Positions 29,401 to 38,674 of a DNA stretch of 64,000 nucleotides are shown in pieces. The stretch is from Thermodesulfobacteriota bacterium. GTDB lineage: Bacteria > Desulfobacterota_D > UBA1144 > Nemesobacterales > Nemesobacteraceae. The stretch covers positions 595,639 to 659,638 of the forward strand of contig OZ242012.1 in assembly GCA_965204795.1 (NCBI GenBank), written 5' to 3'. Below the pieces are notes generated by a model. That model did not search any database. It saw nothing but the letters and a program-made list of their open reading frames with translations, and was not told the DNA's origin. A program made the translations under genes and the position numbers. Numbering within the stretch: the stretch's first letter is position 1; the number at the start of each line of letters is the position of its first letter.

Positions 29401-30948
29401 CTAGGACGCGTAGGCCGTAGCCCTGCTTTCCCTTATGACCATCACCTTTATCTGTCCGGGGTAGACGACTTCCTTCTCTATCTTCTTCGCTATTTCGTGC
29501 GAGAGAACCGCTCCCTCCTCGTCGCTTACCTGGTCGCTTTCCACTATCACCCTGACTTCCCTGCCGGCCTGGATGGCGTAGCATCTCTCGACGCCGGGAA
29601 AAGAGCTCGCGACGCCTTCTATGCTCTCGATTCTCTTGATGTAGTTTTCGTACGTCTCTCGCCTTGCCCCGGGCCTGGCGGCCGAGATGGCGTCGGATGC
29701 CTGCACGAGCAGCGGCAGCACTCCCTGGGGCTGCGGGTCGTGGGTCTTTTCCAGGGCGTCCACGACCTCCGGCGGCTCGCCGTATTTTTTCACGATGTTC
29801 GCCCCTATGTCCACATGGGAGCCTTCCACTTCGTGGTCCACGGCCTTTCCTATGTCGTGGAGAAGCCCGGCCCTCTTGGCCAGCTTTTCGTCGTAGCCGA
29901 TTTCCGCGGCCAGCATTCCGCAGATGAACCCGACCTCGATGGAGTGGTTGAGGATGTTCTGCGAGTAACTGGTCCTGTACTTCAGCATTCCGAGCATGTT
30001 CGTCAGTTCGGGGTGCATTCCTCCTATGCCCAGGTCGAAAAGGGCGTTTTCCCCCTCTTTCTGGATCTCCTTTTCTATCTCCTTCTCGACTTCGCCCACC
30101 ACTTCCTCTATCCTCGCGGGATGTATCCTGCCGTCGGCTATCAGCCTTTCTAGGGAGATTCTCGCCACCTCGCGCCTGATGGGGTTGAAGCACGAGATCA
30201 CCACCGTCTCGGGCGTGTCGTCTATGATGACGTCCACCCCGGTCCTGAGCTCTATGGACCTTATGTTCCTTCCCTCCCGCCCGATGATCCGCCCCTTCAC
30301 GTCGTCGCTCGGAAGGTTGACCACAGACACGGTCTTTTCGCTGGTGTAGCTGCCGGAGTATCTCTGTATGGCGAGAGAGATGATGTCCTTGGCCTTCTGC
30401 TCGGCCGAGGCGTTGCAGTCTTCCTCTATCTGCTTGAGCCTTCTGGCCGCCTCGTGCTTCGCCTCGTCCTCGACCAGGCTCACGAGCTCGGCTTTGGCCT
30501 GCTCCCTCGTGAGACCCGCCACGTTCTCTATCTTTCCCTTTATCTCCTCCACGCTTTCGTCGAGCTCCGCCCGCTTTTTCTCGAGAGCGGATTCCTTTTC
30601 CTCGAACGCGGCCTCCGTCTTCACGACCTCCGCCTCTTTTCTTTCGGCGGCCTCGACCTTTTTCCGAAGGGCGTCTTCCCTAGACTTGAGCTTCTGCTCC
30701 GCGGCGGAAAATTCTCTTTTCCTCTCGCTGGCCGTCTTCTGCATCTGGGAGTTTTTGTCCTTGACGAGCTTTCTCGCCTTCTGCTCGGCCCTGTTTCTTA
30801 TCTCTTCGGCCTTTTTCTCCGCCTCCTCCATTATGAGACGCGAGCGGCTCTCGCTCTTTCGGACGGCGTTTTTTTCCATGATCATCCTGTATGCCAGACA
30901 GGCCCCGAATCCCAGCACAAACAGCAGTATGAATAGAAGTATTTGCAT
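29401..30948 (-). CDS. rny: Ribonuclease Y
   Basis: N-terminal TM helix, long coiled-coil, KH domain (IIGREGRNIR), HD domain (HSIEV...LLHDIGK). AAGGAG SD. Start chosen at MQILLF. Confidence 0.9.
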   Translation of the reverse strand: MQILLFILLFVLGFGACLAYRMIMEKNAVRKSESRSRLIMEEAEKKAEEIRNRAEQKARKLVKDKNSQMQKTASERKREFSAAEQKLKSREDALRKKVEAAERKEAEVVKTEAAFEEKESALEKKRAELDESVEEIKGKIENVAGLTREQAKAELVSLVEDEAKHEAARRLKQIEEDCNASAEQKAKDIISLAIQRYSGSYTSEKTVSVVNLPSDDVKGRIIGREGRNIRSIELRTGVDVIIDDTPETVVISCFNPIRREVARISLERLIADGRIHPARIEEVVGEVEKEIEKEIQKEGENALFDLGIGGMHPELTNMLGMLKYRTSYSQNILNHSIEVGFICGMLAAEIGYDEKLAKRAGLLHDIGKAVDHEVEGSHVDIGANIVKKYGEPPEVVDALEKTHDPQPQGVLPLLVQASDAISAARPGARRETYENYIKRIESIEGVASSFPGVERCYAIQAGREVRVIVESDQVSDEEGAVLSHEIAKKIEKEVVYPGQIKVMVIRESRATAYAS

Positions 30949-30949
30949 G

Positions 30950-31711
30950 TCAGTCTCCTTGATTTTCAAAACAGTCCGTCACCCCGGTTTCGGTGACTAT
31001 GCTTCCTACCCTGACGTCCGTTTCGAGAGAAGGGACGCTTTCGAGCACCTGGAACCGGTAGGCCAGGGCAATACGGTCGCGCCTCGGAACGTCTTTGAGA
31101 AATCTGTCGTAGAAGCCTTTTCCGTAGCCGACCCTGTTTCCCGACGCGTCGAAGGCCACTCCCGGCACCAGCACGAGGTCCGGCCCCCGGGCGTCCGCGG
31201 GCTCGGCGTCCTCGGGAGGTTCGGGAATGCCGAACGCTCCGGGTATTAGTTCGTCCAGGCTTCGGGTTCTTAGGAAAACCAGCCCGGAGCCCTTCGTTCT
31301 GGGAAAGAAAACCCTTTTTCCCAGCTCGGCGCATTTTTCGAATATTTCGCGGGTATCGACTTCGCCGTTCGCGGGAAAGTACAGGGCGACGCTCGAAGAG
31401 CGCGCAAAATCCTCCCGGGAGAAAAGAAACTCGCAGGCGCGGCGCGACAGGGAGAGGCGAAGGGAGGGAGAGAGGTTTTTTCTTTTCTCCAGAAGTTCTT
31501 TTCTGACAAGCGCCTTTCGCTCCGTTGCGGAGCCGTTCCCTCGCGGTTTCGGAAACGCTTCGGCGGGACCCGCGGCGCGGGGGGCGTCAGATTCCGCTTT
31601 CTCTCGTCCCGAAAGGCTCCGGGGCGGGCGGGGTTTCGCTGCCGGCTCCGGGGGCCTCGAGCATCCTGACCATGTTTCTTGTCTTCTCGTCGGCGGTTCT
31701 TTTAAATTCAT
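30950..31711 (-). CDS. 5-formyltetrahydrofolate cyclo-ligase, with an unusual N-terminal extension/overlap
   Basis: GNRVGYGKGFYDRFL signature. The only canonical in-frame start is at 31711, which would overlap zapA by 125 nt. The conserved core begins near 31525. Confidence 0.7.
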   Translation of the reverse strand: MNLKEPPTRRQETWSGCSRPPEPAAKPRPPRSLSGREKAESDAPRAAGPAEAFPKPRGNGSATERKALVRKELLEKRKNLSPSLRLSLSRRACEFLFSREDFARSSSVALYFPANGEVDTREIFEKCAELGKRVFFPRTKGSGLVFLRTRSLDELIPGAFGIPEPPEDAEPADARGPDLVLVPGVAFDASGNRVGYGKGFYDRFLKDVPRRDRIALAYRFQVLESVPSLETDVRVGSIVTETGVTDCFENQGD

Positions 31712-31922
31712 CGAATTCCCTCTGCAAAGAGAAGAAATCGTCGATGATCTCGAGAGAAGCCATCAGAATGGGGGGCGAGATGGACACCGCGGCGTCGTCC
31801 GCTGTCACCTCTTTTACTTTCCGTTCAAGATAGTTCGCGACTTTCAGCACGTAACCTTCATCCGCGTCGGTGACAACCGAGTATTCCTTTCCGAAAAAAA
31901 CCACCTTCACCGTGTCTTTCAT
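31587..31922 (-). CDS. zapA: Cell division protein ZapA
   Basis: MKDTVKVVFFGKEYSVVTDADEGYVLKVANYLERKVKEV matches the ZapA pattern. Confidence 0.75.
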   Translation of the reverse strand: MKDTVKVVFFGKEYSVVTDADEGYVLKVANYLERKVKEVTADDAAVSISPPILMASLEIIDDFFSLQREFDEFKRTADEKTRNMVRMLEAPGAGSETPPAPEPFGTRESGI

Positions 31923-32128
31923 GCCGTTTCTTCGCCCAGATGCTGTTCGATCGTTCCTATCATGCCGTCGACGCGCTCCACGAGGCTCTCCTTCTCGCTC
32001 TCGAGCGCGGCCACCTTCTCCCTGAGAACCCTTACCTCCTCGAGAAGGGTGCGGTTCTGCTCGGCGGTCTTGGCGTTTTTGTCTACGTACTCTCTGATTC
32101 TTCTCTCAAGAATCTCCAGCGATTCCAT
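31919..32128 (-). CDS. zapB: ZapB-like coiled-coil protein
   Basis: 69-aa all-helical heptad pattern, immediately upstream of zapA and translationally coupled to it. Confidence 0.45.
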   Translation of the reverse strand: MESLEILERRIREYVDKNAKTAEQNRTLLEEVRVLREKVAALESEKESLVERVDGMIGTIEQHLGEETA

Positions 32129-32274
32129 GAATGAAATTGTATACCGTGGCGGGATTATTGCAAGGACTTCGGTTTCGGAGTGGCAAATCAGGTATTTTTT
32201 AACTGTCGGTTTCTAGTCTGCGTTTCAAAGCCGAAAACGCGACGGATAAGGACTGTTCGGATGTCCGTACTTGT

Positions 32275-33183
32275 ATGTGGCGATCTGGCGGGAAAATGGA
32301 ATTCGGAAAACTTAAGACATTGATTCGCAAAGAATCAAAAAGCGATGACAAGACCTTTGATGAATCTTCAGCCCGTATTCAGGAGAAGATATTTGCCTTG
32401 TCAAAGAAGCAGACAGTTCCGCTGTTGAAAAATATAGGAATTATTCCGGAATCGATTCATCATGATTCATCTGAGGAAAAATTGTTTGCCAAAGTTGCCG
32501 ATATTCTTTTAGCCAAGGCATTTCAGGAACTTGGACTTTCCGCGAATGTAAACGACGAACGTGCGAATTGCGCGGATGTGGTCGCGAAGAGTAAAATTCA
32601 TAAATATTCACTGGTCGCCGACGCCAAGGCGTTCCGCCTCAGCAGGACTGCGAAGAATCAGAAAGATTTTAAGGTTAAGTCTATGGTAGACTGGAAAGGC
32701 AGGCACGATTATTCGGTCTTGGTCTGTCCCTTCTATCAATATCCCAGGAATAGAAGCCAGATTTACGGTCAAGCCCTTGATGGAAACGTATGTCTTCTCA
32801 GCTGGGAACATCTGGTTCTTTTTCTGGAAAACAACATCAAAGAAACAAAAAGGCTCTCTCTTCGAAAATTGTGGAACATCAGCGACGAATTGTCGTCAAA
32901 AGTCACCGTGAAAAACAAGGACAGGAATACAAACTTTCATCAGGATGGTAACTTGCTGATACAAAAACATGTTGGATTAAAGGAAGATATTTTCGGCAGC
33001 GTGTTTGAATTATGTAGAAAAGTAACAGTTGCGCGAGGCAGGTCCGAGATTAAATTCTGGAAAAGCGAAATAGACAGAATAAATGGATTCACCAGGAAAC
33101 AAGCCATAACGGAACTATTGGACTCTATGAAAATCGGGAAAAAGATTTCCACTATTCAGAAATATATTGACTCACTAGCATAG
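32275..33183 (+). CDS. Candidate Type II restriction endonuclease (PD-(D/E)xK-like)
   Basis: 302 aa in a low-GC islet, immediately upstream of a DNA MTase. D-x(15)-VADAK arrangement (D...(D/E)xK). Confidence 0.5.
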   Translation: MWRSGGKMEFGKLKTLIRKESKSDDKTFDESSARIQEKIFALSKKQTVPLLKNIGIIPESIHHDSSEEKLFAKVADILLAKAFQELGLSANVNDERANCADVVAKSKIHKYSLVADAKAFRLSRTAKNQKDFKVKSMVDWKGRHDYSVLVCPFYQYPRNRSQIYGQALDGNVCLLSWEHLVLFLENNIKETKRLSLRKLWNISDELSSKVTVKNKDRNTNFHQDGNLLIQKHVGLKEDIFGSVFELCRKVTVARGRSEIKFWKSEIDRINGFTRKQAITELLDSMKIGKKISTIQKYIDSLA

Positions 33184-33192
33184 GAATCAAGC

Positions 33193-34149
33193 GTGAAATT
33201 CAAAGACAAGATAAACACCGTGATAAATGCCGACAGCATAGAAGAACTGGACTTGTTTCCCGATGAAAGCGTACACCTTATCCTGAGCGACATCCCCTAC
33301 GGTATTGGAGTTGATGAATGGGACGTGCTTCACGAAAACACAAATTCGGCATACCTGGGCAACAGTCCCGCCCAGCAGAAAGCGGGACCCGTATTCAAAA
33401 AGAGAGGCAAACCATTAAACGGATGGTCGGAAGCGGACAGACAGATACCGAGGCAATATTACGACTGGTGCATGAAATGGACGGCAAAATGGCTTCGCGT
33501 GCTGAAGCCCGGGGGCAGCGCGGTTGTATTTGCGGGAAGAAGGTTTGTCCATCGTTGCATCTGCGCTTTTGAGGACGCGGGTTTCACTTACAAAGACATG
33601 ATTGCGTGGCACAAGGAAAAAGCTCCGCACAGGGCACAGAGGATTTCCGTTGTTTACGAGAAAAGAGGCGACGAGTTTAACAGGGAAAGATGGGAAGGCT
33701 GGAGAGTCGGGAACCTGAGGCCGGTTTTCGAACCAATACTCTGGTTTTCCAAGCCGTACGCCATTGGCGGAACGATCGCTGATAACATGCTGGAACACGA
33801 AACAGGCGCGTTTAACGAAAAGGGTTTCCTGAAATATACGCATGCTCCCGACAACTGCATCTCCGTTGCCGCTGCAAAAAACGATACGGGTTTGCATCCA
33901 ACGCAGAAACCCCTGAAACTGATGAACGCGCTGATTGAGCTGACGACGAACGAAGACCACGTTGTACTCGACCCTTTCTGTGGAAGTGGTTCAACACTGG
34001 TTTCCGCTTACAATCTCGGGCGAAAGTTCATTGGAATTGAATCGGAGAAAACTTATTACGAGATTGCTTTTGAAAGAATTCGTTCAGTTGCCGACAACTT
34101 TGAACGCTCCCTCTTTAGCGAGATGCAGTTGCACGACCATGATTTCTGA
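33193..34149 (+). CDS. Beta-class DNA amino-methyltransferase (N6-adenine or N4-cytosine)
   Basis: Motif IV SDIPYG near the N-terminus and motif I VLDPFCGSGST near the C-terminus (circularly permuted beta order). 318 aa, low GC. Confidence 0.85.
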   Translation: MKFKDKINTVINADSIEELDLFPDESVHLILSDIPYGIGVDEWDVLHENTNSAYLGNSPAQQKAGPVFKKRGKPLNGWSEADRQIPRQYYDWCMKWTAKWLRVLKPGGSAVVFAGRRFVHRCICAFEDAGFTYKDMIAWHKEKAPHRAQRISVVYEKRGDEFNRERWEGWRVGNLRPVFEPILWFSKPYAIGGTIADNMLEHETGAFNEKGFLKYTHAPDNCISVAAAKNDTGLHPTQKPLKLMNALIELTTNEDHVVLDPFCGSGSTLVSAYNLGRKFIGIESEKTYYEIAFERIRSVADNFERSLFSEMQLHDHDF

Positions 34150-34235
34150 CCGGATCATATAAGATGAAGACCGGAGAAACGGTTTTGCATGTTTCGGCCG
34201 CGTTCTCGGTTTTTAAAACTTCGGAATTTCCTGCC

Positions 34236-35324
34236 ATGCCGCTTAACCCGATAGAAGACGAGGCCCTTTTCGAGAAGCTGGAGACGCTCGAGAAAAGGTT
34301 TTTCGAGCTCGAGGAAAACCTGGGCGACCCCGACATCTCTCCCGCGGACATAATCAGGTATTCGAAGGAGCGTTCGGAACTCGAGGACGTGACTTCGGTC
34401 TACGGGGAACTGAAGGACGTCGCCCGGGACGTGGAAGAGAACCGCGCCCTGCTTGACGACGGGGAACTCGCGCCGCTTGCGCGCGAGGAGATCGAGGGAC
34501 TCGAGCGGCGCAGGGGCGAACTCGAAGCGGAACTCAGGACTCTTCTTCTCCCGAGGGATCCGAACCTCGGAAAAAACGTCTTTCTCGAGATCCGCGCCGG
34601 GGCGGGAGGGGACGAGGCGGCTCTTTTCGCGGCCGACCTTCTCAGGATGTATTCGAGGTACTGCGAGAGCCGCCGCTGGAAGCTCGAGGTGATAACGGTC
34701 AGCGAAACGGGCATCGGGGGGATAAAGGAGCTCGTGGCGAAGATAGAGGGCGGAGAGGCCTACGGGGCCCTCCGGTACGAAAGCGGGGTTCACAGGGTGC
34801 AGCGCGTTCCTTCGACCGAGGCGGGCGGAAGGATACACACCTCGACCGCCACCGTGGCCGTGCTGCCCGAGGCCGACGAGGTGGACGTCGCGGTGGACGA
34901 AAAGGACCTCAAGGTCGACACGTTCCGCTCCTCGGGACCCGGCGGCCAGCACGTGAACAAGACCGACTCCGCCATAAGGATAACCCACGCTCCCACGGGC
35001 ATCGTCGTGCAGTGCCAGGACGACCGCTCGCAGCAGAAAAACAGGGCGCACGCCATGGCGATGCTTCGGGCGAAGCTCTACGAGATCGAGGAGCGCAGGA
35101 GGGCGAGCGAAATCTCCCGGGAGAGAAGGACCCAGGTGGGAAGCGGGGACAGAAGCGAGAAGATAAGGACCTACAATTTTCCCCAGGGAAGAATAACCGA
35201 CCACAGAATCGGACTTACCGTCCACAAGATGGAGGCCGTCTTGGGAGGGGGACTCGACTCCCTGCTCGAGCCTCTCGCGGCCCATTTCCAGGCCGAAAGC
35301 CTAAAAAACCCGCCCGGCGGCTGA
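34236..35324 (+). CDS. prfA: Peptide chain release factor 1
   Basis: GGQ motif (SSGPGGQHVNKTDSA), PxT-type RF1 domain architecture. Confidence 0.9.
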   Translation: MPLNPIEDEALFEKLETLEKRFFELEENLGDPDISPADIIRYSKERSELEDVTSVYGELKDVARDVEENRALLDDGELAPLAREEIEGLERRRGELEAELRTLLLPRDPNLGKNVFLEIRAGAGGDEAALFAADLLRMYSRYCESRRWKLEVITVSETGIGGIKELVAKIEGGEAYGALRYESGVHRVQRVPSTEAGGRIHTSTATVAVLPEADEVDVAVDEKDLKVDTFRSSGPGGQHVNKTDSAIRITHAPTGIVVQCQDDRSQQKNRAHAMAMLRAKLYEIEERRRASEISRERRTQVGSGDRSEKIRTYNFPQGRITDHRIGLTVHKMEAVLGGGLDSLLEPLAAHFQAESLKNPPGG

Positions 35325-35372
35325 CGCGCGGCGGATTTGTATTTGCCGGGCCACGAAATAGAATATACGGCG

Positions 35373-36176
35373 ATGAAGGTCATATACGCCATTTCCGCCC
35401 TTTACTTTCTCTCCTCCGTTCTCTACGGAACGTACCTGTGGTCGCAGAAGGCGAAAATCTCCAGGGCGGGACTCTGGCTCGCCGCGGCGGGCGCCCTCGC
35501 GCACACCGCCCTGCTGGCGGGTTTCCTCATGCGGGGAGAGGCGCTCGCCGGAAACACTTCGAGGCCACTTTTCATCTTCTCGTGGCTGATGGCGCTTGCG
35601 TTTCTCGCCTCGCAGACAAGGTTCAGAACCCCCGTGCTGGGGGCCTTCGCTCTCCCCGTGGCGTTCATAGGCACGGTTCCCTACCTTATCATTCCAAGCG
35701 GCGTCATCGCCGGGGACCCCACCCTAAGCAATCCCTGGATAGTCGCCCACATATTCTCCGTGTTCCTGGGGGAGGCGTTTTTCGCCATGTCCTTCATAGC
35801 GGGGCTGATCTACATGTTCCAGGAAAGCCGGCTCAAGTCCAAAAGGGTGGGAAGCCATCTCATGAAGCTTCCCTCGCTCACGACCCTCGACAGGATAAAC
35901 CACCTGAGTCTCCTGATCGGGTTTCCGCTTCTCACGGCGAGCCTCGTCATGGGATTTGTGCTCGCCAGGGAGATATGGAGCGACAGCTGGACGTGGGGGG
36001 CGAAGGAGACGTGGTCGACCGTCACCTGGATTCTCTACGCCTTTCTCATAAACGGCCGCCTTTCGCTGGGCTGGAGGGGAAGGAGGGCCGCGGCCTGGGC
36101 CGTGGCGGGATTCTGCATAGTCATGGTGACGTTCGCCGTGGGTTACGTGTTTCCCGGTCAGCACAGGTTCGGATAG
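35373..36176 (+). CDS. CcsA/HemX-like cytochrome c assembly family membrane protein
   Basis: Eight hydrophobic helices with Trp-rich segment; downstream of prfA as in hemA-hemX-type neighbourhoods. Confidence 0.55.
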   Translation: MKVIYAISALYFLSSVLYGTYLWSQKAKISRAGLWLAAAGALAHTALLAGFLMRGEALAGNTSRPLFIFSWLMALAFLASQTRFRTPVLGAFALPVAFIGTVPYLIIPSGVIAGDPTLSNPWIVAHIFSVFLGEAFFAMSFIAGLIYMFQESRLKSKRVGSHLMKLPSLTTLDRINHLSLLIGFPLLTASLVMGFVLAREIWSDSWTWGAKETWSTVTWILYAFLINGRLSLGWRGRRAAAWAVAGFCIVMVTFAVGYVFPGQHRFG

Positions 36177-36184
36177 CGGGGCGG

Positions 36185-36214
36185 TTTACAAAAAACGGCC
36201 GGTGAAGTTATAAT
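36185..36214 (+). promoter_or_regulatory. Sigma70-like promoter upstream of the dodecin gene
   Basis: TTTACA, 18-nt spacer, TATAAT, then an AGAGGAGG SD. Confidence 0.45.
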
Positions 36215-36259
36215 GTAGTGCCCCGAGCGGGACCAGAAACTGTTTAGAGGAGGAGTCAG

Positions 36260-36463
36260 ATGGCAGTAGCCAGAGTGACCGAAGTGGTAGGATCTTCGGA
36301 AAAGTCGTGGGACGACGCAGTGCAGGCGGCCCTGGATAGGGCGAACAAGACGATAAGGGGACTTACGGGAATCGAGGTTACGAAGATGAACGCTCACATA
36401 GAAGACGGGCGCATCGCCGAGTACAGGGCCCACGTGAGAATCACCTTCATTCTGGAGGACTAG
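36260..36463 (+). CDS. Dodecin-family flavin-binding protein
   Basis: 67 aa with VTEVVGSSEKSWDDAVQAALDRANKTIRGL...IAEYRAHVRITFILED matching the dodecin pattern. Confidence 0.75.
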   Translation: MAVARVTEVVGSSEKSWDDAVQAALDRANKTIRGLTGIEVTKMNAHIEDGRIAEYRAHVRITFILED

Positions 36464-36502
36464 GTCTCCGCGTCCGTCGGTTCTCCCGAAGGACAGGAAG
36501 CG

Positions 36503-37369
36503 ATGAACCGCTTTGTCAAGTCGCACGGGCTCGGGAACGACTACGTGGTTCTCGACGAGGCCGAAATAGACTTCGAGCTCGGCCCCGCCGCCGCGAGGCT
36601 CATATGCGACCGAAACTACGGCGTGGGCTCCGACGGGATACTTCTGCTGGTTCCTTCCGACGGGGGGGATTTCGGACTCAGGATACTGAACCCCGACGGA
36701 AGCGAGGCGGAGAAAAGCGGGAACGGGCTTCGGATTTTCGCGAAGTATCTCTACGAGAGGGGTCGCGCCTCCGGGAAGAAGTTTTCCATAGACACTCCGG
36801 GGGGACTCGTAGCGGCCGAAGTCGAGACCGAGGGCGGGAGCGTCCGCCGGGTCACGGTGGAAATGGGCCGCGCCACCTTCGCGTGCGCGGAGATACCCGT
36901 GGCCGTGGAAAAGAGCGAGGCCGTCGGGGAAAGGCTCGCCCTTTCCTCCGGCGAGATCGAGTTCACGGCGGTTTCCGTGGGCAATCCCCACTGCGTGGTA
37001 TTCACCGGGGAGCTCGAAGAGGAACTCGTGAGAAGGCTCGGTCCCGAGATAGAGAACCACCCGGTTTTTCCGAACAGGACTAACGTCCAGTTCGCCCGGG
37101 TGCTTTCGCCCGGGAGCGTGAGCATTCTCATCTGGGAGAGGGGGGCCGGCTACACGCTCGCCTCCGGAAGCAGCTCCTGCGCGGTGGCGGCCGCGTGCGT
37201 CAGGTCGGGTCTCACGGACAGAAGCGTCGGGGTCTCGATGCCGGGCGGACGGCTCGACATAACCGTCGGGGACGACTGGTCGATCGCCATGCGCGGCGAA
37301 GTGGAGGAGGTTTTCTCGGGGACTCTAAGCGGGGACGTTCTCCGAAGGATTGGGGAGCTTTCTTCGTAG
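36503..37369 (+). CDS. dapF: Diaminopimelate epimerase
   Basis: FVKSHGLGNDYVV, catalytic GNPHCVVF and second Cys SGSSSCAV. Confidence 0.9.
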   Translation: MNRFVKSHGLGNDYVVLDEAEIDFELGPAAARLICDRNYGVGSDGILLLVPSDGGDFGLRILNPDGSEAEKSGNGLRIFAKYLYERGRASGKKFSIDTPGGLVAAEVETEGGSVRRVTVEMGRATFACAEIPVAVEKSEAVGERLALSSGEIEFTAVSVGNPHCVVFTGELEEELVRRLGPEIENHPVFPNRTNVQFARVLSPGSVSILIWERGAGYTLASGSSSCAVAAACVRSGLTDRSVGVSMPGGRLDITVGDDWSIAMRGEVEEVFSGTLSGDVLRRIGELSS

Positions 37370-37411
37370 CGCCGCTGTGCGGGCGCGTCGCGCGTTTCCC
37401 GCGGGGCGGGT

Positions 37412-38674
37412 ATGGACCGACTTCTCATTAAAGCCGATGTCGTTTGTCCGGTAAGCTCCGAGCCCCTTCGGGGCGGCGCGGTGGCCGTTTCGGGCGGGCG
37501 CATAGCGGCCGTCGGGGACGCGCGGAGTCTCGAGACGGCCTACCCGGGTTTTCGGAAGATAGACGCGCCCGGTTCGGTGATCCTTCCCGGATTCGTAAAC
37601 GCCCACACACACCTGGAACTCGGCTGGACGGGAGACAGAATCGGGACCTTCGACGGTTTCACGGGGTGGCTTGAACGCATGATCGCCGTAAAGTCCGCCC
37701 CGCCGGACGACGGTCTGCTGCGGGAGTCAGTCGCGTCGGGGCTTCGCGAGACGATTTCGTGCGGAGTCACGACCGTCGGGGACATATGCACCCCCGGTTC
37801 CCCGGGCAAGGAGATTCTGAGAGACTCCGGCGTGAGGGCAGTGGCGTTCGTCGAGCTTTTCGACCGCCACTTGGGGGACGTGCCCTCCCTTGAGCTCGCA
37901 GCCGAAGACCTTTACGAGGAAAGGTTCTTTCCCCACGCTCCCTATTCCTGCAGTCCCGGGCTTTTCGATGCCGCGTTCGCTTACGCGGAGAGAACCGGAG
38001 TTCCCCTAGGCACGCACCTGGGCGAGAGCCCCGACGAGGCGCTCTTTATCAGAAACGCCCCCAACGGCTTCGAGCGCAGGATATTCCCCCTTATCGGAAA
38101 GGAAAGCTTCGCGCGGCCCGCCCGCCAGACGCCCGCGGGATACGCGGACGGATTGATGGGAGACCGCGAAGCGAAGCTCACGGCCGTCCACATGGTGCAG
38201 ACGGACCCGGCCGACGCCGAGACGATCCGCGGCAGGGACATGGGAGTGGTTCTTTGTCCAAGGAGCAACGTCTTCATCGGGGTGGGGGAACCCGACATGC
38301 GAATGATGGCGGACTTGGGGAGGGTGGGTCTTGGAACCGACGGGCTTTCCAGCAACGCCGACCTCGACTTTTTCGCGGAAATGAGAGCCGCCCGCGACAT
38401 GATGGAGAAGCAGGGAGTCGGGCGAAGCGAGCGACTGGCGGTCCGTTTCGCCACGCTGGGCGGAGCGGGGGCTCTTTTCATCGAGGAGAGGACGGGCAGT
38501 CTCGAGGTCGGAAAGGACGCGGACATCGTCTGCGTCGGGTGTGGCGAGGCCGCCGCTTCCGACCCGTACCGGGCGGTTTTGAACTCCGGGCCGCAAGACG
38601 TCGTTTTTTCCATGGTTAAGGGAAATTTTCTCCAAGGGGAGGAATCCGTCGGGGGCGGCCCGGGCCGGCCGTGA
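37412..38674 (+). CDS. Amidohydrolase-superfamily metal-dependent hydrolase (chlorohydrolase / MtaD / aminofutalosine-deaminase-like)
   Basis: PGFVNAHTHLELGW metal-binding HxH motif, 420 aa. Confidence 0.8.
   Translation: MDRLLIKADVVCPVSSEPLRGGAVAVSGGRIAAVGDARSLETAYPGFRKIDAPGSVILPGFVNAHTHLELGWTGDRIGTFDGFTGWLERMIAVKSAPPDDGLLRESVASGLRETISCGVTTVGDICTPGSPGKEILRDSGVRAVAFVELFDRHLGDVPSLELAAEDLYEERFFPHAPYSCSPGLFDAAFAYAERTGVPLGTHLGESPDEALFIRNAPNGFERRIFPLIGKESFARPARQTPAGYADGLMGDREAKLTAVHMVQTDPADAETIRGRDMGVVLCPRSNVFIGVGEPDMRMMADLGRVGLGTDGLSSNADLDFFAEMRAARDMMEKQGVGRSERLAVRFATLGGAGALFIEERTGSLEVGKDADIVCVGCGEAAASDPYRAVLNSGPQDVVFSMVKGNFLQGEESVGGGPGRP

Noticed and set aside
32275-33183. Assigning the candidate endonuclease specifically to the HindIII family
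   Set aside because: Similarity was only a vague recollection (D..DAK spacing and similar size). Residue positions do not match what I remember for HindIII, and no alignment could be run.
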